Part shown: positions 50,549 through 61,831 of the stretch, piece after piece
Numbering within the stretch: the first letter of the stretch is position 1
How the letters are laid out: each line of letters starts with the position of its first letter
Source: Macrostomum lignano
Lineage: Eukaryota
Length of the DNA: 64,000 bases
Reading direction: 5' to 3'
Assembly (NCBI GenBank): GCA_002269645.1
Contig: NIVC01001874.1
Coordinates: 62,001 to 126,000, forward strand
Program-made: the position numbers and the translations under genes
The notes under the pieces: model-generated
Databases searched by the model: none
Told to the model about the DNA's origin: nothing
Seen by the model: only the letters and a program-made list of their open reading frames with translations

Positions 50549-51140
50549 TAGGTGATGGTGCTATAGACAGGTAGGTGATGGTGCTATAGACAGGTAGGTG
50601 ATGGTGCTATAGACAGGTAGGTGATGGTGCTATAGACAGGTAGGTGATGGTGCTATAGACAGGTAGGTGATGGTGCTATAGACAGGTAGGTGATGGTGCT
50701 ATAGACAGGTAGGTAATGGTGCTATAGACAGGTAGGTGATGGTGCTATAGACAGGTAGGTGATGGTGCTAGACAAGTAGGTGATGGTGCTAGACAGGTAG
50801 ATGATGGTGCTGGACAAGTAGGTGATGGTGCTAGACAGGTAGATGATGGTGCTATAGACAGGTAGGTGATGGTGCTATAGACAGGTAGGTGATGGTGCTA
50901 TAGACAGGTAGGTGATGTTGCTAGCCGTGAAATGCAGCCCAATTTCGCTACTCAGGTTTCTTCACAGTTTTATGAAGAAGCCTCAATCGCTACTGTCGGA
51001 GCTGCTCCTACGAGCGTACAAGAGACGTGTTTAAATTCAGATTTCAACACGCAGAGTTCAGACTACCCCAGTTGTCTCCTAAGTTAGGATTATCTAGGCG
51101 GAGGCGTGGGAGAAAAATAATTGTTTAAGAGCCGAGGCGG

Positions 51141-51188
51141 CCAATCATGGCGTAGGCTGGACTGATGAGGCGGGGAGTCTGTATAAAA
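51141..51188 (+). promoter_or_regulatory. Candidate Pol II core promoter (CCAAT, GC box, TATA) of the neuropeptide gene
   Basis: CCAAT at 51141, GGCGGG at ~51169, TATAAAA at 51182, about 110 nt upstream of the ATG at 51295. Confidence 0.6.
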
Positions 51189-51294
51189 AGCCTGGCATCC
51201 CCATGCAGCCTTCGCTGCCTTCTCACTGTTGAAGAGAAAACTCTTGCATTTTTCGAAAGAGGGAAGAAGCAACCAGGCAACTGAGAAGCCGGCC

Positions 51295-51741
51295 ATGTCC
51301 CGAGGAATCGCTGCTCACCTGCTGCTGTCTCTGCTGCTGCTCTCGTCCGCCTGCCTTCAGCCGCAGCCGGCCGCCCTGGCAGTCGCCGTCCCTGCCGCCG
51401 CCGCCGGTGACGACGCCTGTCAGCAGGCGCTTCGTCATCCGCGCGTCGAGGAGCTCGCCGACAGCGACGCCGCCCAGCTGACGGCCGTGTGCGCCTCCCA
51501 GGCAGCCGCCGACGCCGCCGCTGCCGCCGCCTCGGCCGCCTCGGCCGCAGTAGCGACCCTCCTGGCCGAGAGGCGTAGCAGCGGCGGCGACGGCCGCCAG
51601 CTGGAGAGTCGCCGGGTCCGTCAGGCCAAGCGGGACTTCCTGACCTCGCCGCTGTTCCACTATTCAAGAGTCCGCGTGGAGCCCGGCGACCAGCACAGGG
51701 CCGGCCAGATCCTCAGGGCCAACATCATGCGCTACGGCTGA
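51295..51741 (+). CDS. Neuropeptide precursor (148 aa) with one C-terminal 34-aa RYamide peptide; NKY-like
   Basis: Hydrophobic signal peptide MSRGIAAHLLLSLLLLSSAC; Ala-rich propeptide with 2 Cys; KR cleavage site; DFLTSPLFHYSRVRVEPGDQHRAGQILRANIMRY-G-stop (amidation signal). Confidence 0.82.
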   Translation: MSRGIAAHLLLSLLLLSSACLQPQPAALAVAVPAAAAGDDACQQALRHPRVEELADSDAAQLTAVCASQAAADAAAAAASAASAAVATLLAERRSSGGDGRQLESRRVRQAKRDFLTSPLFHYSRVRVEPGDQHRAGQILRANIMRYG

Positions 51742-52276
51742 GAAGCGAAGGCAACGCGAACACCTGCCGCCAGCTGACCATCGTCACTTAACCTGAGACC
51801 GATTAGCGAGCCCCAATGTCCCTTATTGCTGTTGTGCCTGTGCGCCTTGATGCAGTGTGCTCTAGGTGCGGCCCCAGCCTCTCTGTAGGTAATCGTTCGA
51901 TTTGATGAGAAATATAAACATGCAACTCGCGAAAGGTCAACGCTATTATTGAAGTTGCGCTGTTTCAAAGTTCTAAAAATGGGGCTTGGAGTGAAAGCCA
52001 AACTGTGTTGCATTTTTCTTCTGGTTTCTTCACAGCTTAAGGAGAGTTGCTCAAACAGAGCAATTTGCTGACTTCTGCTATCGGGTTTGAAACAGTTTGA
52101 GCCGAGGGGATTCAACAGTCACTTTGAGTCACCACAGTCACTTTATTTTAGTCACAACAGTCACTTTGAGTCACTTGTCAAAACAAGACTGAGCCTAAGC
52201 CTCAGATAAATTCTAGACTAAGCTGAAGCCTCAGACTTAACAATAGTAATAATTGATTACACCTACCCTAATGGGG

Positions 52277-52540
52277 AGATGTGCAACCGACAGCTCAGCC
52301 GCAGCTATTGCGCGGCGCATCTGAAGGCTGCGTACGGCTGTTCAGTCCAAGGACTGGGGTGTCGCCACACACCCTCAATTACCCCAGCTAATGCTGGCAC
52401 CCATTTTAAAGCTGAATGAACTGAAGCAATGCAGAGTTAAGTGTCTTGCTCAAGGACACAAATTGTTCCGAGTGGATCGGGAAACGAACCCCCGACTCTT
52501 CAGTCGTGAGTCCGACGCTCTGACCACTAGGCTACAACCC
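52277..52540 (-). mobile_element. Second copy of the tRNA/CORE-like SINE (inverted)
   Basis: Reverse complement aligns over ~265 bp with 41824-42090, with scattered mismatches. Confidence 0.85.
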
Positions 52541-52564
52541 GATCTCCTACAAGACGAAAGTTCA

Positions 52565-52950
52565 GCCCTAGACAAAGTCTAGTATAAGCTTTAGACTAAG
52601 CCTAAGCCTAGACAAAGTCTAGTATAAGCCTTAGACTAAGCCTAAGCCTAGACAAACTCTAGTAAAAGCCTTAGACTAAGCCTAAGCCTAGACAAACTCT
52701 AGTATAAGCCTTAGACTAAGCCTAAGCCTAGACAAACTCTAGTATAAGCCTTAGACTAAGCCTAAGCCTAGACAAAGTCTAGTATAAGCCTTAGACTAAG
52801 CCTAAGCCTAGACAAACTCTAGTATAAGCCTTAGACTAAGCCTAAGCCTAGACAAAGTCTAGTATAAGCCTTAGACTAAGCCTAAGCCTAGACAAACTCT
52901 AGTATAAGCCTTAGACTAAGCCTAAGCCTAGACAAACTAGTATAGGCCTT
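52565..52950. repeat. Minisatellite, 40-bp unit TAGTATAAGCCTTAGACTAAGCCTAAGCCTAGACAAACTC
   Basis: About 9 copies. Confidence 0.94.
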
Positions 52951-53644
52951 AGAATAAGCCCAGAAATCTCCTAGGCAAAGCCTAAAGCAAGTTCCTATAA
53001 TTCCGCATTTCTAGGCAGGCTTATGATAGCGGTTGTGCCCCCGTCACTCAGCAGCAAAATTCGAGACTGAATGTTTTGCATTATTAATTTAGAAGAGACA
53101 CTTGCAGCCAAGCGTTCACTATTACAGTTACTGCTTTTCACTTAATTCTGAGGTCAAGAGGCTTCTGTAAACCTGCGCCTTGGCAACCGAATTTCTGCTG
53201 CTAAAGACGCTGCTTGCCCAACCCGCCTAATCTGGTTGTCAGAGGAAATCCCAAAGCAAAGGCAGGGGCGCATTCGATAATAAGAGGGCTGCGTGTTGCC
53301 TGTCTCAATCCCGCCGACTGCTTCAGCTCTGATTAGAAGCCCGACTAGTTCCCGACCGGCAAATTTAACGCATTAATCGGCTGAGATGATTAATGCGAGA
53401 CCGAGATCAACTCAACAGGCTCAACTCCTCAAAGCACAGGTTTGCTTACAGTGTAATAACTCGAAATCCATTCGAGAGAGTTTCAGAGACTTCCAGCGCG
53501 CTGTTCTCTCCGCGGGTCTCCATGTTCAGTTAAAATAACGCTTGCAGTCTGCTTGTCAGCACTTACAGGTACATGTGTGTCTGGCTGCAGTATTTTCAAT
53601 GCACGCTCATGCCATTCAAACACATGTCAAAATGCTTGTGTATG

Positions 53645-54150
53645 CGAGCTTATATCATTAAATCTTATATCGTGGGCGCTTATATCATTAAATCTTATAT
53701 CGTGGGCGCCTATATCATTAAATCTTATATCGTGGGCGCTTATATCATTAAATCTTATATCGTGGGCGCTTATATCATTAAATCTTATATCGTGGGCGCT
53801 TATATCATTAAATCTTATATCGTGGGCGCCTATATCATTAAATCTTATATCGTGGGCGCTTATATCATTAAATCTTATATCGTGGGCGCTTATATCATTA
53901 AATCTTATATCATGGGTGCTTATATCATTAAATCTTATATCGTGGGCGCTTATATCATGGGCGCTTGTCTCATTCAAGCTTATATCATTCCAGCTTATAG
54001 CATTCAAGCTTATATCATTCAAGCTAATATCATGGGTGCTTATATCAAGGGCGCTTATACCATGGGCGCTTATATTATAGGCGCTTATTGTGAATTTATC
54101 ATGGGCGCTTATTGTGAATTTATCATGGGCGCTTATTTTGAATTTATCAT
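53645..54150. repeat. Minisatellite, 30-bp unit GCTTATATCATTAAATCTTATATCGTGGGC, decaying at the 3' end
   Basis: About 10 clean copies plus degenerate ones. Confidence 0.94.
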
Positions 54151-54939
54151 GAGCAATACTCGCTTCCATCCACTGAAGGGACTTTGATTACAAATTCAAT
54201 AAATTTTGCTTCTCCACTCCCTCTTTTGAAGTTGCTTTTGAATCTATATTCAAAGCTATATTCTGTTTAATCCCTATACCTTTTAGCCCGCGCCCACGAA
54301 TTCAGAATCTACAGTATGCATGGGGCATAAGATGGATTTGGATAAATTTGAGCACCTCGTATTTTACAGGTCAAATAGTCGAGACTTAGCGCTTAATGCC
54401 CAACACGTGGGGGCTTTGTTGGTCTCTCTGGCTGGTGGGCGATTCAAAAGTTTGGCGTGCAGATTTGGATTGTGCTAGAGAATACCCTGGCTTCCATATA
54501 TGGAAAGTCGGAGGCGATTTCCAAGCTTAAGTCTGACTCAATTGAGGACGGCTTTCCAGACTTGCCACGCTCTTTAATACCGACTTCTGCAGATGGGCAG
54601 CGCCAGCGGCTGGCTATGACGCACGGAGCTGAAGTGCATCGGGTATCAAATATCACCAGTGCACCAGAACAGACAATGGAGTTGTGGGCACAAGTTGAAC
54701 AATGCAATTGGAATTCTTAGAATTGAGAACTAGCTGGGATGAAGGGGAGAGCGAGAGGAGAGGGTGTGAGATGGACACATTGACTTAGCAAGCAGGAAAA
54801 CTTGCTAATTTCAGTCGCGGATTGCAAAAAGGGGGAGAGAGGGAGGCGAAGAAGAGAGGGAAAGAGAGGTATAGAGAGAGTGAGTGGGGTAGAGGAGAAG
54901 AAGTAGGGAGACTAGAGGGAGGAAAGAGAGTGAACGAGA

Positions 54940-56265
54940 TAGTGAGATACAGAAGTGAGAGTAGAGACACAGGAGTGAGAGTAGAGTGAGACACAGGAGT
55001 GAGAGTAGAGACACAGGAGTGAGAGTAGAGTGAGATGCAGGAGTGAGAGTAGAGTGAGACACAGGAGTGAGAGTAGAGTGACATGCAGGAGAGTAGAGTG
55101 AGACACAGGAGTGATAGTAGAGTGACATGCAGGAGAGTAGAGTGAGATACAGGAGAGTAGAGTGAGATACAGGAGAGTAGAGTGACATGCAGGAGAGTAG
55201 AGTGACATGCAGGAGAGTAGAGTGACATGCAGGAGAGTAGAGTGACATGCAGGAGAGTAGAGTGAGATGCAGGAGAGTAGAGTGACATGTAGGAGAGTAG
55301 AGTGACATGCAGGAGAGTACAGTGACATGCAGGAGAGTAGAGTGAGATGCAGGAGAGTAGAGTGACATGCAGGAGAGTAGAGTGAGATGCAGGAGTGAGA
55401 GTAGAGACACAGGAGTGAGAGTAGAGTGAGATGCAGGAGTGAGAGTAGAGTGAGACACAGGAGTGAGAGTAGAGTGAGATGCAGGAGTGAGAGTAGAGTG
55501 AGACACAGGAGTGAGAGTAGAGTGAGACACAGGAGTGATAGTAGAGTTACATGCAGGAGAGTAGAGTGAGACACAGGAGTGATAGTAGAGTGACATGCAG
55601 GAGAGTAGAGTGACATGCAGGAGAATAGAGTGACATGCAGGAGAGTAGAGTGACATGCAGGAGAATAGAGTGACATGCAGGAGAGTAGAGTGACATGCAG
55701 GAGAATAGAGTGACATGCAGGAGAGTAGAGTGACATGCAGGAGAATAGAGTGACATGCAGGAGAATAGAGTGACATGCAGGAGAATAGAGTGACATGCAG
55801 GAGAGTAGAGTGACATGCAGGAGAGTAGAGTGACATGTAGGAGAGTAGAGTGACATGCAGGAGAGTAGAGTGAGATGCAGGAGAGTAGAGTGACATGCAG
55901 GAGAGTAGAGTGAGATGCAGGAGAGTAGAGTGACATGCAGGAGAGTAGAGTGAGATGCAGGAGAGTAGAGTGACATGCAGGAGAGTAGAGTGATATGCAG
56001 GAGAGTAGAGTGACATGCAGGAGAGTAGAGTGAGATGCAGGAGAGTAGAGTGACATGCAGGAGAGTAGAGTGATATGCAGGAGAGTAGAGTGACATGCAG
56101 GAGAGTAGAGTGAGATGCAGGAGAGTAGAGTGACATGCAGGAGAGTAGAGTGATATGCAGGAGAGTAGAGTGATATGCAGGAGAGTAGAGTGACATGCAG
56201 GAGAGTAGAGTGATATGCAGGAGAGTAGAGTGATATGCAGGAGAGTAGAGTGAGATGCAGGAGAT
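54940..56265. repeat. Purine-rich minisatellite, 20-bp unit GCAGGAGAGTAGAGTGACAT (22-bp variants)
   Basis: About 63 copies. Confidence 0.96.
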
Positions 56266-56575
56266 TAGTCTGTTTTAGATTTTTATATCGGCACACAGTC
56301 TGAACTGCTAACTGAAGACGGAATTGAAAAGCAATATTTATAGCGATTCAAAAAACCATGCCAAAAAGCAGAAAGCCAAACTGCAGACAATCAACACAGC
56401 ACTTTTATTTAATTTGTCTCTATTTACAATGATGCAATTATGTCAATTTTGATTAGCAAGCAAATTATAGAAATCTAAGCCGGTGAAAGAATTGATGCAA
56501 AACAAAGAAGATATTTTATATATGTAATAAATATGCATATTACAGAAAAGGTAAGGTAATATTACTCTTGAGAAA

Positions 56576-57010
56576 TCAAACAGCTCGCTGGTACGCCAGC
56601 ACAAAGTCGACAATTTCAGGAGGCACCGGCTCCGACATGATGGCCGCCACAGCGGCTTCCCGATGCCGATCTTCACCGCCGGCCTCCCGATCCGCCGCCG
56701 GCAGCTGCCGCCGGTCCTTGGCTGCCTCAGCATCGTCCACCGTCGGCGTCGGCGTCTCAGCCGACCGCCGCTTCCGGCGCTTAATCTGGCGGGCCTGGCC
56801 GGCCCGGTGGCGCCGGTTGTTCAGCCAGGTGGTCACCTGCTTGACGGTCAGGCCGGTCACCTCGGCCAGGAATTGGCGCTCCGCGCGGGTCGGGTAGCGC
56901 CGCAGGCTGGCGTGGGCGGTCCAGGCCTCCAGCACCGCTAGGCAGGCGACTGGCAGAGCGCGAGGCTGCTGCTGCTGCTGCTGGTGGTAGCTGCTACCAG
57001 GGGAAACCAT
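56576..57010 (-). CDS. Intronless divergent TALE-class homeodomain protein (144 aa)
   Basis: LPVACLAVLEAWTAHASLRRYPTRAERQFLAEVTGLTVKQVTTWLNNRRHR: W-x8-YP spacing as in TALE, plus a W-x-x-N-R helix 3. ATG context CAACATGG, basic NLS-like IKRRKRR, AATAAA on the minus strand at ~56404. Confidence 0.85.
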   Translation of the reverse strand: MVSPGSSYHQQQQQQPRALPVACLAVLEAWTAHASLRRYPTRAERQFLAEVTGLTVKQVTTWLNNRRHRAGQARQIKRRKRRSAETPTPTVDDAEAAKDRRQLPAADREAGGEDRHREAAVAAIMSEPVPPEIVDFVLAYQRAV

Positions 57011-57519
57011 GTTGCGAAAGGAAAATTTCTTGAAGAGCCAGAACTCGACTCAGTTCGCTCGCGGGGCAATTTATGGATCCCAAGTGTTGGACTGGGGTTT
57101 ATATTGCCAGGCCTGGTGGCTTTTGGGGGGTTGGGGCCCTGGCAATCTTAATTCCCTCTCAATCATATTTTATCCCCTTTCTGTCCACCGTGTGACTCGA
57201 ACTTTGGAGTAACAATGAGGGACTTTAGCCTTATCTAAATTCCCTCGGCCGAAGTCCCATGTGCGCCCCTGCGCTTGCGTAACCAATTAGAGCAGAACTC
57301 AGCCAGTAACAAAGACTTATTTGTTATAAGCCAATGAGTTAAGAATTTGCTATGCAGTTTTCATTTCTCGTCTTTGTTTGAGTGGGACAGTGTGGAATTT
57401 CGGTGCTGCAGAGGTCTGTGGCTGGCTGCTTTATTTCGTTTACCATGCCGAATTGAATCGTGATGATTTCTTATAATTCTTCTCCCAATTTGATGCTCTT
57501 TTTCTCATTAATTCAGGTG

Positions 57520-57748
57520 TTGAAGAGGGTAGCGAGTGGCCCGCTGAAAGCCTCAGTGTGGAAGAGGGTAGCGAGTGGCCCGCTGAAAGCCTCAGTGTGG
57601 AAGAGGGTAGCGAGTGGCCCGCTGAAAGCCTCAGTGTGGAAGAGGGTAGCGAGTGGCCCGCTGAAAGCCTCAGTGTGGAAGAGGGTAGCGAGTGGCCCGC
57701 TGAAAGCCTCAGTGTGGAAGAGGGTAGCGAGTGGCCCGCTGAAAGCTG
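57520..57748. repeat. Minisatellite, 39-bp unit GAAGAGGGTAGCGAGTGGCCCGCTGAAAGCCTCAGTGTG
   Basis: About 6 copies. Confidence 0.95.
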
Positions 57749-58366
57749 CTATAAACAGGTTGCTATAAACAGGTTGCTATTAACATGTTCATAAACTGAC
57801 ATAACAGACTGTTGTACCATTAATAATGGAACTAGAATTCAGATTATAGATAGCAAAAAACCAAAGCAAAACAAATCGGAACATTAAAATCACTTCTTAT
57901 AATTATAGTAGCAAAAACAGCACATCATGACCTAGATTTTTGGAGGGAGGATAACTCCACTCAGTTGGGGAGAGCATCTAACAAGTTAGGATGCAAAAAA
58001 CGGCGGGAAAACTTGATTTTTAAAATCAGTGTTAAACAATAAAAAAAACTTCTCCGAAATGGAAAAGGGTGCTCCCACCGCTACTGATGACTTCAAAAAA
58101 ATAAAGTTAATCCTGTTTGACTAAAACTGGGGGCTGCGCAACAAGTACAGAGCATGCATACAGAAGCCTTTAAAAACATTTTTTATGATTTTAAAATAAA
58201 ATAACATCACGTACTCGTGTTTACTAATAAATAAGAGCAGAATTTTAGGGGAAAGGAGAGAGACTGCATGGAGACTGCATGAAAGGTGTATAAGAAGTGC
58301 AGAAAAGAAAGATGCGAAAGAGCTAGGAAACAGCTAGAAGGATTAAGAATTTATTATTTAATGCGA

Positions 58367-58524
<158 letters not shown>

Positions 58525-58649
58525 TCAGTCATCCTCAGTGCCGATCACAGCACTCTGAGTTGGTGTTCCACCCCACCGCTAGCAAGTTGCACATTGAAAC
58601 TAATAGGTTTGTGCAATTTAATGTGCGAAGCTTTAATCTAATTATTAGT

Positions 58650-59330
58650 TTGAAATCGTTTTTGCGACCATCTAATACGTGAAAAGATGCATCAGACCGT
58701 TGTCACAACCTAACAAGTGTGATCTTGAATCGCAGAACTCAGCCAGTAAAGTCTTGCTTTTGTGGGCAGGTGTCGCGTGGTTTTTCTTCTAGTAGGAAAC
58801 ACTCTGATCGACAGAGCAACGGAATTGACGGACAACACATGACTTGAGGGGAAGGGGGACACAACTGACTTAAATATAAGTCTGCTAGCTAGCAAACCGC
58901 GACCAATCTTCTCAGTACAGAACGCAATGTGAATCCGGCATTTTAGCCATTTATAAGAAAGGCTTTCTCGAACTTTCTTGAGAACCGAACCTATACCACG
59001 AGCAACAACACAGTGAAAGCGCGATGCGGAGGCATTTGATTAACCCAAATTTCCAGTTACAATGTACATGTAATTAGCCGGACAATCTTGGCATCAAAGT
59101 GTCACATCAGCACAAATAAACGTGTGTTTCCGGTAGATTTTCAACTGAGAGCTCTGCCGAGAGCAGTCAACTAGCTCAGTGTCCAGAATCGGAAGCTTCT
59201 TTTTCTCCACCCTCAAGTATGAATTCCATGATTGTCTGATGACAAACGCGTCATCCACGTATAGTAGCAGTAAATCCGCGGTGCTCAGTAGGACAGTTTC
59301 GACCAATTCTCTTCCCAATCAGCCATGCAC
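58650..59330 (-). pseudogene. Degraded Penelope-like retroelement fragment (RT C-terminal half/thumb)
   Basis: LLYVDDAFVI...EKKKLPILDTELV...LKIYRKHT, then GLIKCL...LING in shifted frames, matching the PLE pattern YVDD..LPFLD..VYRKPT..NGYP. Confidence 0.6.
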
Positions 59331-59905
59331 AGATCGACAAGAGCAGGAGCTGAAGGGCTACCTTTAAACACGCCGGAAGGAGCCAAACGAGACAAAGTCA
59401 GTTGCGAAAAGCAGGCAGCGGCCGAGAAAACGGATCCCAGTGGATCAAGCGAAGCATTTATTTATTAGTTTAAACGAGTTAATATTTATTGGTTCGTAAA
59501 AAGGAGATAAAAAAATTGAGAAATGGCGGCGGAGCCAAGCCTGGCCGGGTGCAGAGGCTTTAAGCTGGCCGGCGCGGCCAACACCCCCACACCTCAACCC
59601 CCCGCCAAAGTACAGTGATATGTACAGCGGCACCCTCCGGCGCGTCTAACACCCCTTACTCAGAGAGTAACGATTGCAATACTGCAGCCATCGATTTGGC
59701 GATATACTGGTTCTGATCAAAACATGAAAATCACGGAAACAACAAAACCTACTGTAAAAATTTCTTAGGAAGAGCGATCGAGCTTCGGAATATTCGGTGA
59801 TCACATTGGGAGAGCAAGTCGGTGGCAAGATCAATAGCAAATTTAAATGAAATTCTCAACTCACTGAAAAGCAATATTTATTCAATGCTATATACGTGAG
59901 TCGAA

Positions 59906-60187
59906 GGGGTATCACAAACCCGAAAAATCACAACTCCGAAAAGCGCTTTCCATCATAAACCCGAAATATCATAAGCCCGAAATATCATAACTCCGAAAGT
60001 TCTAGCTATGTCCAACACTATTTTGGTTTTCGGAGTTATGATATTTCGGGCTTATGATATTTCGGGTTTATGATGGGCGTTGCTATTAATTTCGGAGTTG
60101 TGATTTTTCGGGTTTATGATATTTCGGGTTTATATGATGGAAAGTGCTTTCGGAGTTGTGATTTTTCGGGTTTATGATGGCGACCCC
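59906..60187. mobile_element. Small palindromic MITE with GGGG...CCCC ends (Mutator-like)
   Basis: Arms built of CCCGAAATATCATAA / TTATGATATTTCGGG subrepeats. Flanks GTGAGTCGAA| and |GTGAGTCAA suggest an imperfect ~9-bp TSD. Confidence 0.65.
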
Positions 60188-60777
60188 GTGAGTCAAGTCA
60201 TCAGGTAGTCTCCGCGGCTGCACGCATATGCACATGTATAACAATTTATGTGTAAAACTAAAATAGTTTCAGTACATATAGCAGCTAAAAGTATAGAAAT
60301 AAATACACTACAAGTTTCTTTACATACAAAAATTTCTAAAAATAACCGTGGCTACTGTTTCTCGCCGAAACGAAAGAGGTGCTCATCCATCCCGTTTGAT
60401 CTTGATTCATCATTCTTGACCCTTAGAAAGCTTACGCCTAAGCCTATGAACTCCAAGAAGTTCAAGATCCTTATTCTTTTACATTCTTTTTTTGTTGTTT
60501 TTTGGCGAGGGCTTCTGTATGTAATGCTCAGGTCTTTAATATGAGCTTGGCTAAGTGAAATTAAAATTGCCACGGCTTGGTTTGTTCATCGTGGGAACAG
60601 CTGCAATCACAAGATTCACAATCGACAATAAACTTGAACCAAGTATAGTAGAGCCAAGGTTCCACTTTCAGTGCCATGCAGGTACCAGTTGTACCACGTA
60701 CGTACCAGAGGACCTCCTTGATGGAAAGGAGCCAGACCAGACTCAGCTAATATGGATCTCAGCTAATATGGATCTTA

Positions 60778-61165
60778 CAGTCGTTTCGGTGACAAGACGT
60801 TTCGGTGACAGTCGTTTCGGTGACAAGCAAAAGATACTGCAGTAGTGCAGCGCTTCTCTTCTGAAAGTAATCAGCTCAGCATATCGACGCATTAATTTAC
60901 GGTGTCAAGACCGCTGTGTCTACCATCTGAACGACCGTGCCTGCTCAAGACCGCTCGACCGCAATTGCGACTACCCTCCCCCGGAATTGAAGACCCGGCA
61001 GACGGAGTATCAAAGGAGAAAAGCGTTTTGAATCATTCGTAAAACTTTCCGGCTTTACGAGTGCCGAAATAACGAAGGTGGGAATTCAAAGTTCTAGAAA
61101 CCGCCCAACCAGAGTCACCAATTCTTTTCTCCGCCCCACCTCACGTCTGTCACCGAAACGACCGG
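60778..61165. mobile_element. TA-flanked MITE with GTCGTTTCGGTGACA termini
   Basis: TA|CAGTCGTTTCGGTGACAAGACG ... CGTCTGTCACCGAAACGACCGG|TA. Confidence 0.7.
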
Positions 61166-61831
61166 TACCCTCTAATATAGTATTCCATGAATTTTTAGCT
61201 TGGTTTGAATCATTTGATATGCCTAGGCAGTTTTGAAAATTTAGATGGTTCAATTTAGTCTACTAAGCCCCTAGGCCTAGTGCTTAGTAGACTAGGCCAG
61301 GGGCAGGCAAGGTTACCTATTTTTCACATTTTAAATTTTAATTTCAGGTGTCAAATTGGTTACCTTGTTTTTTAAGCAATTAGCTTCATTACGATATTAT
61401 GCTATATTTATAGTATTCAATTTTTAAATTAAGTTTCTTAACTTAAGTCTATAATTTTTTTTATATATCCTAAATTTTATTTGCAATATAATAGCAAATA
61501 GGCTAATTATATTTAGGTAATAATATAAATATTTTTTTTTGATTATTGTTTTTAATAAAGCAGTGCTTATCCCCATGGTACCATAAGAATAATTTCTGGC
61601 TTATTTTTTATAGTACAGTGGGAATAATTTTCTGTTTATCTACATAACATAGGCAAAATAGCCACCTCTTTGCCATAAGAATAGTTTCTATCTTCTCCAT
61701 ATGGTATAGGCCTACTGATAAAATAGCTATCTTATCTTCCTATAGGCTATACTTATGCCTACTTTAAGGAATAGTTAATGTCTTCTATATAACATAATGA
61801 CTAAATAGTCTATCCTGTCTTCTTAAAGATA

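Larger units (their letters stand above)
44372..50912. repeat. Large satellite, 23-bp unit GGTGATGGTGCTATAGACAGGTA with 21-bp variants, interrupted by a mariner
   Basis: About 4.8 kb before and 0.36 kb after the transposon. Confidence 0.97.

Noticed and set aside
51125-51667. Antisense ORFs of 145-180 aa over the neuropeptide gene (similar cases over PIGN exons and the homeobox)
   Set aside because: Shadow ORFs of GC-rich coding sequence.
52565-52950. Telomere-like GCCTAA motifs
   Set aside because: Only one or two per 40-bp unit; not a telomeric array.
54785-56296. His/Ser/Leu-rich ORFs up to 461 aa
   Set aside because: Read-through of the 20-bp purine-rich array.
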